Shown here: positions 7,804 through 15,794 of the stretch, one piece after another
How positions within the stretch are numbered: position 1 is the first letter of the stretch
Layout of the letters: each line of letters opens with the position of its first letter
Virus record (IMG/VR): IMGVR_UViG_3300025168_000213
Span: 1-39,809 of that record
DNA from: a virus
Taxonomy: Duplodnaviria > Caudoviricetes
Strand: one strand, 5' to 3'
Length of the DNA stretch: 39,809 bases
Notes under the pieces: model-generated
Database searches by the model: none
Seen by the model: the letters and a program-made list of their open reading frames with translations, nothing else
Told to the model about the DNA's origin: nothing
Position numbers and translations under genes: made by a program

Positions 7804-8583
7804 TTATGTATTTATAAACTTGATTTTAGTTGTAGATGTCATATCTGTAAAATTATACAAAACGCTCAGTACAGCAAGTAATTCCGAGCCATCTTTTCGA
7901 TAATAGCAAGTATTGTAAACCTGTAGCTGACTGGCTATGTTGTATTTCATGGCATACTCAAAGTGAGCGACACATGCTTCAACGCTTGAAACTTTATTAT
8001 CTGTTTTTTCAAAATTAATCAACATCGGCATCGCCTTTCCATCTTGGAGGAAGGCCCTTTGTTCCTCTGTGGACATATTTCCTCTGTTCGTCATCATTCT
8101 ATGATTAATTGTCCAGTATTTTTCAGCCTCACTTCGAGTGTAACCTAGCCTTTGATAAAAATCTTGGTAGTTTTCCATGTCATAAGTTTTAAAACTAGTG
8201 CAACTACTATCAGAATATTGTTGTTTAGTTTTAAAATCATATAAAATATCATTCCATAATGGATAACTACCTTTAGGAATATTAATTAATTTCTTTTCTA
8301 ATGCTAATATTTTATTCGCTTGAGATTCTATTTTTTCTTTTGCTAACTGCATTGCAAATTCATGCATACTTGTATCTTCCTTTTCTTCGGGTCCGCTGTC
8401 CTTAGATGTTTTATTTTCTAGTTGCTGGAGTTTCTGATATATCGAGGCTCCAGGAACCATTTTATTTGATTCATATTTATAGACCGCACCCAGGCTAATA
8501 CCTAAGTACTTGGCTAAATCTGTTTGAGTCATTCGATTAAGTTGCCTTGTTTGCTTAATCCAATCTGCTATTTCTTTCCCCAT
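7804..8583 (-). CDS. CI-position repressor: XRE HTH, coiled coil and PAS/PAC-like C-terminal domain
   Basis: HTH motif MTQTDLAKYLGISLGAVYKYESNKMVP; C-terminal NYQDFYQRLGYTRSEAE and YYRKDGSELLAVLSV; divergent from the Xis/Cro-like gene. Confidence 0.8.
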   Translation of the reverse strand: MGKEIADWIKQTRQLNRMTQTDLAKYLGISLGAVYKYESNKMVPGASIYQKLQQLENKTSKDSGPEEKEDTSMHEFAMQLAKEKIESQANKILALEKKLINIPKGSYPLWNDILYDFKTKQQYSDSSCTSFKTYDMENYQDFYQRLGYTRSEAEKYWTINHRMMTNRGNMSTEEQRAFLQDGKAMPMLINFEKTDNKVSSVEACVAHFEYAMKYNIASQLQVYNTCYYRKDGSELLAVLSVLYNFTDMTSTTKIKFINT

Positions 8584-8685
8584 ATTAAAACCCTATCTAT
8601 ACTTTTTTTATGTTATTTGTTATCATTTGATATCATAACTTAACTAATAATGTATTGCTATGCCATAGTATAATGATATTAATTA

Positions 8686-8714
8686 TTGACACTATTGTAT
8701 TAATTAAATAAGAT
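8686..8714 (+). promoter_or_regulatory. sigma70-like rightward early promoter
   Basis: TTGACA-17 bp-TAAGAT; a second candidate TTGAAT-17-TAGTAT at 8725-8753. Confidence 0.7.
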
Positions 8715-8774
8715 ATGCCAGTGATTGAATGATAATAATTAACACTTTAGTATAAACAAACACATGGAAATAAA

Positions 8775-8969
8775 ATGAAATCAAGCAAACAACCACAATT
8801 CTATTCTATCAAGCAATGTGCCGAGATGTTGTCTGTGGACTACAGGTTTATCTATGATAGAGTAAACAACCAGGAGATACCCAGTCTTAGGCTTTCTAAA
8901 AATGTCATAAGAATTAAAGTTAGTGATTTTAACGAATGGCTTGGAAATAAGAAGTCTACTAATGATTAA
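8775..8969 (+). CDS. Excisionase/Cro-like winged-HTH protein (HTH_17 type)
   Basis: YSIKQCAEMLSVDYRFIYDRVNNQEIPSLRL...IRIKVSDFNEWL matches the Xis-type HTH pattern. Confidence 0.8.
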   Translation: MKSSKQPQFYSIKQCAEMLSVDYRFIYDRVNNQEIPSLRLSKNVIRIKVSDFNEWLGNKKSTND

Positions 8970-9825
8970 AATGCCTTATAGAGTTAGAAGGTTTAATACA
9001 ACTTCGGGCAGATACTATGGGCCTGATGATTTAGACCTTTACAATTCGGTTGTAAACCCACTTAAGCCTTCCTGGACGAATATAGCCAGTATCGAATCAA
9101 GCCCAGGATTAGATGAATATTTTAAAAATAATGGAAGGTGGTCAAATATACTTGGTCCGACCACTGCTATTATAGGAACTATTACACATGATTTTGTAGA
9201 TGATTTAAATCATGGCTTAACAGTAACAACTGATGACATTATTGAGAGGCTAGAAAACTACCAGGATATACGTTGGAGACTTGTGTATCATAACAAATTT
9301 CAAGCAGTTGAGGTAATCAAAAAGCAATTAACAAACTATACTTTATGGTATGATGACTTTCAACCCGACATAGTTGGTAGTGAAATCATGCTTTGGCATG
9401 AAAATGTCGAATTTGCAGGTACTTGCGACTTGCTTTTAAAAACATATAGTAAGCAGCATGATAAAGAAATATACATGGTCGCAGATTTAAAAACTGGTAA
9501 TGAGATGGATAAGCACTTTACTCAGTGTATGGCTTATGCAGTCCTAATTGAACAAATATTTAAAATAAAAGTTAGTGCGCTAGGAATTCTTTATTGCCAA
9601 GGAAGAAATAAAGGCGATATAAAGCCAGGAAAATTAAAAACAAAAATGATACGAAATAAAAGTGGCAGCATAAATAACAATGCAACATTGTTATCTAAGA
9701 AAGTCACATCCCTTGTCGATTTATTCAAATCAAACATTAAATATGAGCAGCCCAAGATGAAAAAAAGACTGCAAAATAAATTTCAATTAAAAATAAACAA
9801 AAAGGAAGAAAAAGGTAATGAATGA
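8962..9825 (+). CDS. PD-(D/E)XK exonuclease (Cas4/RecB-like); probable start ATG 8962
   Basis: GTITHDFVD, FAGTCDLL, ADLKTG and QCMAYA motifs; the start overlaps the xis stop. Confidence 0.8.
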   Translation: MIKMPYRVRRFNTTSGRYYGPDDLDLYNSVVNPLKPSWTNIASIESSPGLDEYFKNNGRWSNILGPTTAIIGTITHDFVDDLNHGLTVTTDDIIERLENYQDIRWRLVYHNKFQAVEVIKKQLTNYTLWYDDFQPDIVGSEIMLWHENVEFAGTCDLLLKTYSKQHDKEIYMVADLKTGNEMDKHFTQCMAYAVLIEQIFKIKVSALGILYCQGRNKGDIKPGKLKTKMIRNKSGSINNNATLLSKKVTSLVDLFKSNIKYEQPKMKKRLQNKFQLKINKKEEKGNE

Positions 9826-10105
9826 CAATAAAGCAAAATACAAATACACTAAGGTCATGACTGGTCGTAGTTGGGTTAATGAAAACAAATCAACTGATAG
9901 TGACCCCGACATGACTGGTAACATGGTTTCAGTGCGAAACTTAGAAAAAGCAGATGGTGACTATACTCAGCTAAAAGAAGAAGATAAGTACGCTGTTTCT
10001 GTTTGGAAGAATGTAGACAAAAAGACGGGTAAGGCATATATATCATTTGCAGTATCTGAAAAAAAGTCACTTTCAGGCGGTAATGATGACGAGCTGCCTT
10101 TTTAA
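9818..10105 (+). CDS. Putative single-stranded DNA-binding protein
   Basis: PDMTG, VSVWKN and YISFAVSE motifs, acidic DDELPF tail; follows the exonuclease. Confidence 0.7.
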   Translation: MNDNKAKYKYTKVMTGRSWVNENKSTDSDPDMTGNMVSVRNLEKADGDYTQLKEEDKYAVSVWKNVDKKTGKAYISFAVSEKKSLSGGNDDELPF

Positions 10106-10108
10106 TTA

Positions 10109-10309
10109 ATGATTAAAACATTCGATATAATATTTGACGAGTATTTTGAAGAATCTGAACCAATCCTTTACGAATATATTGATGAAAATGAATACACTGC
10201 TCTTCCAGGAGAAGATGAACTGGTAACTCATTTAATGGAGTCAAAGGATTATAGTATAAGAATGGCAAAAGCCTTAGTTGAAGTCTTTATCGAAAATTAT
10301 GATAAATAG
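10109..10309 (+). CDS. Acidic hypothetical protein
   Basis: ORF in the operon; D/E-rich. Confidence 0.6.
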   Translation: MIKTFDIIFDEYFEESEPILYEYIDENEYTALPGEDELVTHLMESKDYSIRMAKALVEVFIENYDK

Positions 10310-10416
10310 CCCTTTCACTCCGCATCGTGTAATTTGCTATTTATTACAGGTAGGTCAGTCATTTCCTTGTTTTTTGACTGGCCTACTGATTCCACAAACC
10401 AAACCAAACCAAACAC

Positions 10417-10848
10417 ATGCCAAAAATAAATTTAGATTTAACTGCAGCGCAGATTGAAGAATTAATTAAGCAATTGCGATATGGCAAGTACACTGCCGAG
10501 TCTTTTGATATTGACCTTTTAAGAGGCTTAAACGGTGAAGTCGAAGCTTTAGATGTCTTAACAGGTAAACTAGAGGTTAAGACTGATTTTATGGCCCACA
10601 AGACTGGTAACCTGGCTATTGAGATTGAATGCAATGGTAAGCCTAGCGGTATCCAAACATCAACTGCTAACTGGTGGTTGTTCAACATTAACTATCCTGA
10701 TGGTAAACCCGTTTTGCTTATCATGACCTTGAGTCGACTTCGCAAACTTGTTACCAGGTATCTCCATAAGAATAAGTTTATCATGGGGGGCGATTACAAT
10801 AAGTCTAAGTTAGTATTAATACCTGTCCAGGATGTGATAGATGGCTAA
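10417..10848 (+). CDS. Putative PD-(D/E)XK-like nuclease-fold protein
   Basis: FDIDL...EVKTD...TGNLAIE...KPSGI...ANWW pattern common in phage proteins. Confidence 0.6.
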   Translation: MPKINLDLTAAQIEELIKQLRYGKYTAESFDIDLLRGLNGEVEALDVLTGKLEVKTDFMAHKTGNLAIEIECNGKPSGIQTSTANWWLFNINYPDGKPVLLIMTLSRLRKLVTRYLHKNKFIMGGDYNKSKLVLIPVQDVIDG

Positions 10849-11929
10849 GAGTACAAAAGGATTTGTATATCTTTGGAGAGATATAGTTGAATCACCTTTA
10901 TGGGATAATGGAAAGCCTTTTAGTGAAGGCCAGGCATGGATGCAATTTATTATGTGGGCTGAATATAAACAGAACACTACTCAATTAGTCAGCGGTCAAA
11001 TGATTTCATTGCAGCCAGGCGAATTTATGATGACCCAAAGAAAAATAGCCCAATCTCTTAATTGGTCATATTCAGCGGTAAATAGATTTTTAAAGAAATT
11101 AATAGCCTTGAATCAAATACGAATCAATTCTGAATCAAAAATGACTCGTGTAAACCTTGTTAATTATAGGGATAAACAGTTTACTGAATCAAAAACGAAT
11201 CAAGATAAAGTAATAAGTGAATCAACTGCCGAAAACCCTAATAATAGTAATAGTTATTATAATAATTATAATATTATAAATAATAATAATAAAAGCAATA
11301 ATAAAAAGAATAATAAAGATAATAATTATAATAACCCCGATAGTCCCATGTTAAAAGTTGGGGTTGTTCAAAGTAGTAGTTTAACAGAAAAGCAAGCATC
11401 TTTTAAAAGTAAACCTAGAGATGTTGAAATGGTCATTGACTATTTTAAAAAACAAAAGATTGAAGAGCCTATTTCTAATGGCTCTGAATTCTTTGCTTAT
11501 TACGATTCAATAGGTTGGTATCGTGGTAAGTCTAAAATTAAAGATTGGAAGAAATGTGTAGTCACCTGGAAGAAGAATATTAACAACTTCTCTAATCAAA
11601 CACCAAACAGGTCACCAGGAAAATTTATGGATCAGTTCAAGAAATCTGCAGCAGGCGGTTTTATTGCATACTGCTCAAAAGATAAACACGGGTCTATTTG
11701 TGGTAACCAGGAATTCCCGAAAGATGCTAAAGCTATCTACCAGGGAAGCCATTGTTGTAAGTCAAGCTACTTGCCGAACAGACCTAAAAAGGAACAGATA
11801 TATGAAGAAAGTAAAAGACCCCAAAATGGTCAAACAGGGTCGCAGAAATCGACAACGAGGGGCAGAACTACAGAGAGAGGTAGTGAATTGTTTCAAAGCA
11901 TCCTCGATAACAGCGCACAACAGAGATAG
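10841..11929 (+). CDS. Replication initiator (lambda O-like organisation)
   Basis: N-terminal GFVYLWR and HTH (QRKIAQSLNWSYSAVNRFLKKL); Asn-rich linker; FFAYYDSIGW...KIKDWK C-domain; internal iterons. Confidence 0.8.
   Translation: MAKSTKGFVYLWRDIVESPLWDNGKPFSEGQAWMQFIMWAEYKQNTTQLVSGQMISLQPGEFMMTQRKIAQSLNWSYSAVNRFLKKLIALNQIRINSESKMTRVNLVNYRDKQFTESKTNQDKVISESTAENPNNSNSYYNNYNIINNNNKSNNKKNNKDNNYNNPDSPMLKVGVVQSSSLTEKQASFKSKPRDVEMVIDYFKKQKIEEPISNGSEFFAYYDSIGWYRGKSKIKDWKKCVVTWKKNINNFSNQTPNRSPGKFMDQFKKSAAGGFIAYCSKDKHGSICGNQEFPKDAKAIYQGSHCCKSSYLPNRPKKEQIYEESKRPQNGQTGSQKSTTRGRTTERGSELFQSILDNSAQQR
11110..11335. promoter_or_regulatory. Intragenic replication origin: GAATCAA iterons plus AT-rich unwinding region
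   Basis: GAATCAA at 11110, 11121, 11132, 11186, 11197 and 11219 (near 11-bp phasing), then an AAT-repeat tract at about 11239-11335. Confidence 0.75.
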
Positions 11930-12209
11930 AGGAGGTGCAAATCATGAAAAAGGTGATATTGAAGTTATGGGTATGTGGCTGGGTTGTAAAAGACGTACTA
12001 GCATACCACGGTGGCTTCTTCCTGAAAAAACTGAAATCGGTGTGGTTAGTCGTGGCGACAGAATGGAAGCTATATTATCGCTACCACTCAAACCGATGGT
12101 TAGATTAATTAGTGAAGCCGCAGAGAAGGGCATTGATGTCAGACAAATCTTCGAAGGGCATAGGTTGGGTGATGGAGCAGTTGTTAAAGCAAAAGAAGAG
12201 TCGGGTTAG
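11802..12209 (+). CDS. Holliday junction resolvase-like protein (probable start ATG 11802)
   Basis: GRRNRQRGAELQREV...GDI...CKRR, an Hjc-like pattern; AAGGA SD upstream. Confidence 0.6.
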   Translation: MKKVKDPKMVKQGRRNRQRGAELQREVVNCFKASSITAHNRDRGGANHEKGDIEVMGMWLGCKRRTSIPRWLLPEKTEIGVVSRGDRMEAILSLPLKPMVRLISEAAEKGIDVRQIFEGHRLGDGAVVKAKEESG

Positions 12210-12366
12210 CTATAAAAAGTCTTTGAACTATGCGAATGAAAAGCCAATTAGGGTATGTACTAATTGTAATGTTTCCTGGCAGAAGGTTAACAAACCCCCC
12301 TTTGTTGAGTACTATTCTGATTTTCCTACAAGAAAACTACCAAGGTTAAGATGTCCGAAGTGTTAA
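12136..12366 (+). CDS. Small Zn-ribbon protein
   Basis: CTNC...CPKC; probable start ATG 12136. Confidence 0.6.
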   Translation: MSDKSSKGIGWVMEQLLKQKKSRVSYKKSLNYANEKPIRVCTNCNVSWQKVNKPPFVEYYSDFPTRKLPRLRCPKC

Positions 12367-12737
12367 GCACCCAAACAAAGGGAAAAAGCGCTGAATACCT
12401 GGTTGTTTCTGATTTATTGAGAAGAGACATCGAGGTTTACTTACCTGCCAGCGATGAGGTAAATACCGATTTGGTGATTTATAGACCAGGTGGTTTTAAA
12501 CGAATACAAATTAAAGCAGTGGGAGTACACAAAAATGAAACTTCCATTGAGGTTAGAATGAGGGATTTTAAGAAAAATGACCACATTGATTATGTGGCTA
12601 TTGTTCACTGGCAAAGACAGATTATTGCTTACTACCCTTACAACCAGGAAAAAACAATTACGTTAGCACTGAAATCTGCTAAAAATAACCAGGAGCATTC
12701 AAGAAAATGGTTCTATTCATATGAGGAGTTAGTGTAG
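12351..12737 (+). CDS. PD-(D/E)XK endonuclease-like protein
   Basis: KGKSAEYLV...TDLVI...RIQIKA motif. Confidence 0.7.
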   Translation: MSEVLSTQTKGKSAEYLVVSDLLRRDIEVYLPASDEVNTDLVIYRPGGFKRIQIKAVGVHKNETSIEVRMRDFKKNDHIDYVAIVHWQRQIIAYYPYNQEKTITLALKSAKNNQEHSRKWFYSYEELV

Positions 12738-12928
12738 TGGAAGACAATATAATAACAAAAAAGTACCAGTCGCAGGATCGGTACATGAGCAAAAGAGCAA
12801 TAGTACAATTTTATAAAAAATTAGCCGAGAAGGGAAAGTTTATAGAAAATGGTGCAGCATGGCAAAGGTTACGAAAGCTTGAAATGGATTACTATTATTC
12901 TACAAAACGAACCAGGAGACCTGAATGA
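12737..12928 (+). CDS. Hypothetical protein
   Basis: GAGGAG SD; overlapping stop/start. Confidence 0.65.
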   Translation: MEDNIITKKYQSQDRYMSKRAIVQFYKKLAEKGKFIENGAAWQRLRKLEMDYYYSTKRTRRPE

Positions 12929-13242
12929 AAATTAAAGATTATAATACACTCATTACTGCTTTTAGAGCCGATGGTGATGCTATGGCAAATGGTAAGAGAG
13001 TTGAGTATACTGAGAGCCAAGGAGACAAGGACGTTCATGCTAATTTTAAGGCAATTGCAAAAAGCCTAGATTTAGACCCAAAAATTGTGATTGGTGTTTA
13101 CCTGCAAAAGCATACCAGTTCTATTTTTAATTATATAAAGAAAGGGAAGACTTATAGCAACGAATCAATTGGTGGTCGTATCACTGATGCAATACAATAT
13201 TTAGAGTTGTTATATGCCTTAATACAGGATAGAAAGGAATGA
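12925..13242 (+). CDS. Nucleotide-modification-associated helical protein (DUF1599/Nmad-like)
   Basis: KRVEY...ANF...ESIGGRITDAIQYLELL pattern; AGGAG SD. Confidence 0.5.
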   Translation: MKIKDYNTLITAFRADGDAMANGKRVEYTESQGDKDVHANFKAIAKSLDLDPKIVIGVYLQKHTSSIFNYIKKGKTYSNESIGGRITDAIQYLELLYALIQDRKE

Positions 13243-13382
13243 GTATAGCATCATACTTTCTTTTAAGTTTGATTGCTTTTATTTGGGTGGGCATGTTGGC
13301 TAGTGTCATTTACCTGGAGAAGCGCCAGGAAGAAATATACATGAATGAAGAAAAGAGAAGAAGGTTTCTAAATAATAGATAA
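13239..13382 (+). CDS. Small single-TM membrane protein (47 aa)
   Basis: Not in the ORF track. MSIASYFLLSLIAFIWVGMLASVIYLEKRQEE...; ATGA overlap; ends at the terminator. Confidence 0.7.
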   Translation: MSIASYFLLSLIAFIWVGMLASVIYLEKRQEEIYMNEEKRRRFLNNR

Positions 13383-13412
13383 AAAAAAGCCCCAGTTAAG
13401 GGGCTTTATCTT
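13381..13412. terminator. Bidirectional intrinsic terminator between convergent operons
   Basis: A-run, AAAGCCCC/GGGGCTTT stem, T-rich tail. Confidence 0.8.
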
Positions 13413-13428
13413 TACAAGAAGAAATCTC

Positions 13429-13650
13429 TTACTCATTGCCAAAATAATCAGGATTAAACCTACATAAATAATTATTTCTTCCAACCATAGCGCTGAAGAC
13501 CTCTTCTTTTACAACTCCATGGTTCTCATCTAAAAAATAATCATAACATTTATAAAAGCCTTCAGTCACTTTTTCAACTGTTATACCATTCTTCTTTAAG
13601 TTCCTTAAGATTTGTTGTGTCACTTTTTTTTCCAATACTCTTGCTTCCAT
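13429..13650 (-). CDS. Hypothetical protein
   Basis: GAGGAGG SD; last gene of the leftward operon. Confidence 0.7.
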   Translation of the reverse strand: MEARVLEKKVTQQILRNLKKNGITVEKVTEGFYKCYDYFLDENHGVVKEEVFSAMVGRNNYLCRFNPDYFGNE

Positions 13651-13872
13651 TTAAGCATCCTCCTCTAATTCATAATGTTTGGCTAGGTTTGATGTAATTG
13701 CATCTAAGTTCTTTGTGATAAACTGGTCTAATGCTTGGCCTAATAACTTCCTGGGCGTAACATTAATCGACTTTGCATACAAACTGAATGCGCTCCACTT
13801 CGACTCAACTGAATCCATTTCAATTCTAACTGTTTTCACATTTTTTATTCTTGTTTCTAATTTAACTACCAT
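13651..13872 (-). CDS. Putative ribbon-helix-helix DNA-binding protein
   Basis: Beta strand KTVRIEMD then two helices (...TPRKLLGQALDQFI); AAGGATAGCGA leader. Confidence 0.5.
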   Translation of the reverse strand: MVVKLETRIKNVKTVRIEMDSVESKWSAFSLYAKSINVTPRKLLGQALDQFITKNLDAITSNLAKHYELEEDA

Positions 13873-13887
13873 AATCGCTATCCTTTT

Positions 13888-15003
13888 TTACTTACGTTTG
13901 TTTAGTACAGAAGCAACACTTTGTTGTTCTGACTTGATTTGATTTCTAATATATATCTTTTGAGTTTCATCATTACAATGTCCCAAAGACCTTTGTATCT
14001 GTTCCTTAGTAAGACCACATTCAGCCAGGTAAGTAGCTAAGGAATGGCGTAAGCAATATTGAGTTAGCTTGCGACCTTCTTGCTTTTGAATTCCTAACTT
14101 TTTACATGTTTCCTGGAATGATTTATTGGCGTTATCCCTGGCTTTTTTACTACCATTAAGATTGTAGATTGCATCACCCAATGATAAAAGCCTTTTTGAC
14201 ATCGTAATCCCTGTATATTCGCCACTTTTTTGCCTGGTGGTCACTATGATACCATCTTTATAATCTTTGGCCTTATCTAGCTTATTTGCATCTACTGGTG
14301 CCATAGCGGTATCAAGCATAATTGACCATAGGTACCTGCAATAATCATTGGGTGCATTGTCAACAATTTTTTCAGCTTGATGACGTTCTAATACCTGGTA
14401 AGGTGTTTTGCCTGATGAGGCTTTAAGAAGTTCTACCTTTTTCAGATAATAGTTCTTTTTAATGTATTCATTATCATGAAGCCAGGTGTAAAACGGGTTT
14501 AGTATTTTATGACGATCCGCAACCGTGCTGGCTTTAATACCTTTCTTATATTCATTTGAATAGAATGCATTAATACCATTGGCATCAATTTTTAATAAGT
14601 CGATGCTGCATGAGTTACTTACTGAATCTCCAAGCCAATCGGATTCCTTACCAAAAAATTCAATGAAGTGTTTCCAATTATGAATCTTGGTTAAGAAGGT
14701 TTTGTTGATATGTTGCTTGGCATCTTTGTAGATAGGGAAAACATCCTTTAGCAGGACTTGCTTCACTTCAGGCTTACCTGGGTTAGATACCTGGGTTACT
14801 GGTTGTATTCCAAGCTTTAAGAGGGATGCCTGCTTGCGAGCATCCTTGTAGGCCTGGCGTATTTCCTGAGATGTATCTATGTTGTCATTCCCCAGGTAAA
14901 AATATTGTACAGGCTGACCTTTAAGTCTTATCCGATAACGATACAATGTACCTTGCTTGGTTTTGTCTTTTTGTATGTTAGGTAGTTTTAAAGATATACT
15001 CAT
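13888..15003 (-). CDS. int: Tyrosine integrase (Arg-I replaced; IntDOT-like signature)
   Basis: N-terminal arm-binding-like YRYRIR region; TAMAPVD at box I; RQKS; YCLRHSLAT; LGHCNDETQKIY. Confidence 0.85.
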   Translation of the reverse strand: MSISLKLPNIQKDKTKQGTLYRYRIRLKGQPVQYFYLGNDNIDTSQEIRQAYKDARKQASLLKLGIQPVTQVSNPGKPEVKQVLLKDVFPIYKDAKQHINKTFLTKIHNWKHFIEFFGKESDWLGDSVSNSCSIDLLKIDANGINAFYSNEYKKGIKASTVADRHKILNPFYTWLHDNEYIKKNYYLKKVELLKASSGKTPYQVLERHQAEKIVDNAPNDYCRYLWSIMLDTAMAPVDANKLDKAKDYKDGIIVTTRQKSGEYTGITMSKRLLSLGDAIYNLNGSKKARDNANKSFQETCKKLGIQKQEGRKLTQYCLRHSLATYLAECGLTKEQIQRSLGHCNDETQKIYIRNQIKSEQQSVASVLNKRK

Positions 15004-15359
15004 TAGTCAACCTTGTTAAGTTTATTGCACAATTCTTGTGCATCTTGTTTTTTGGTAAAATCATAAGACATCGTTCTTTCATTCTTATTATCTGTGCCAT
15101 CATAAGGCTTACCATCAGATACTTGATACTCTTTCTGATTTCCATCTTCTGTTGTACCTTCTACTATTATCCATTCATACTCTTCTGTTTTGAATCCAAT
15201 ATTTAGATATTTCTTTCTGTAAGAGTCTAACATTATACCTAACGATTTATTATCTTCTTTAAGTTCTTGAATTACCTGGTGTAATCTCCTTATCTCATTT
15301 CTTGCTGCATCATTGTTCATTTCGCTGTCCTTGTTTACGTTATTGATTTCCATAGACAC
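15003..15359 (-). CDS. Hypothetical coiled-coil protein translationally coupled to int
   Basis: AGGAG SD 6 nt before the GTG; stop overlaps the int ATG (TAATG). Confidence 0.7.
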   Translation of the reverse strand: MSMEINNVNKDSEMNNDAARNEIRRLHQVIQELKEDNKSLGIMLDSYRKKYLNIGFKTEEYEWIIVEGTTEDGNQKEYQVSDGKPYDGTDNKNERTMSYDFTKKQDAQELCNKLNKVD

Positions 15360-15412
15360 CCCAGTCTCCTGGGGCGTTTCGACCAGGAATCACCTGGTAC
15401 TCATCGGTATGG
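15350..15412 (-). ncRNA. Type I hammerhead ribozyme (U4C core variant)
   Basis: Minus strand: CCAUA-CCGAUGA-G(U)ACCAGG ugauu CCUGGU C-GAAA-CGCCCCA ggagac UGGGGUG-UC^UAUGG. All three stems pair; GUC cleavage triplet. Confidence 0.85.
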
Positions 15413-15416
15413 TTAT

Positions 15417-15593
15417 TTAGCCTTCACAGTCAATATATTGTTCCCAACTGCGATAACCAGTCCTACAGTATAAAACTGATTCAAGAGTCTCATCTGAACT
15501 GCCATTAATGGATGTTACCAGGCACAGTTCTTCTTCTGTTGCAAAACCATATTCTACTAGATTTTCCCAAAGTTCGTTGAATGATTTATCCAT
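15417..15593 (-). CDS. Small phage protein (58 aa; ATEEELCLVTSING...LYCRTGYR)
   Basis: Not in the ORF track. Open frame with GGAGG SD; fills the gap in the leftward operon. Confidence 0.8.
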   Translation of the reverse strand: MDKSFNELWENLVEYGFATEEELCLVTSINGSSDETLESVLYCRTGYRSWEQYIDCEG

Positions 15594-15594
15594 G

Positions 15595-15783
15595 TTATTT
15601 GCCCTCCTTAGTTAAACTCTTTATCGTATCATCGCATAGTTCAAGATTAAGACTTAGTATTGCATCAGCATCTGTATCCTCTGCCACCTTTACCAATTGA
15701 TTTTGAACTTTGGCTCTTTCTTTTTTTACAAGCTCTATAAGTAACTCTGCTTGTCGTGGGTCTTTTATTGTTAAGTTTTTCAC
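15595..15783 (-). CDS. Hypothetical protein
   Basis: AAGGATAGCGAAC leader; GTG start. Confidence 0.7.
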   Translation of the reverse strand: MKNLTIKDPRQAELLIELVKKERAKVQNQLVKVAEDTDADAILSLNLELCDDTIKSLTKEGK

Positions 15784-15794
15784 GTTCGCTATCC

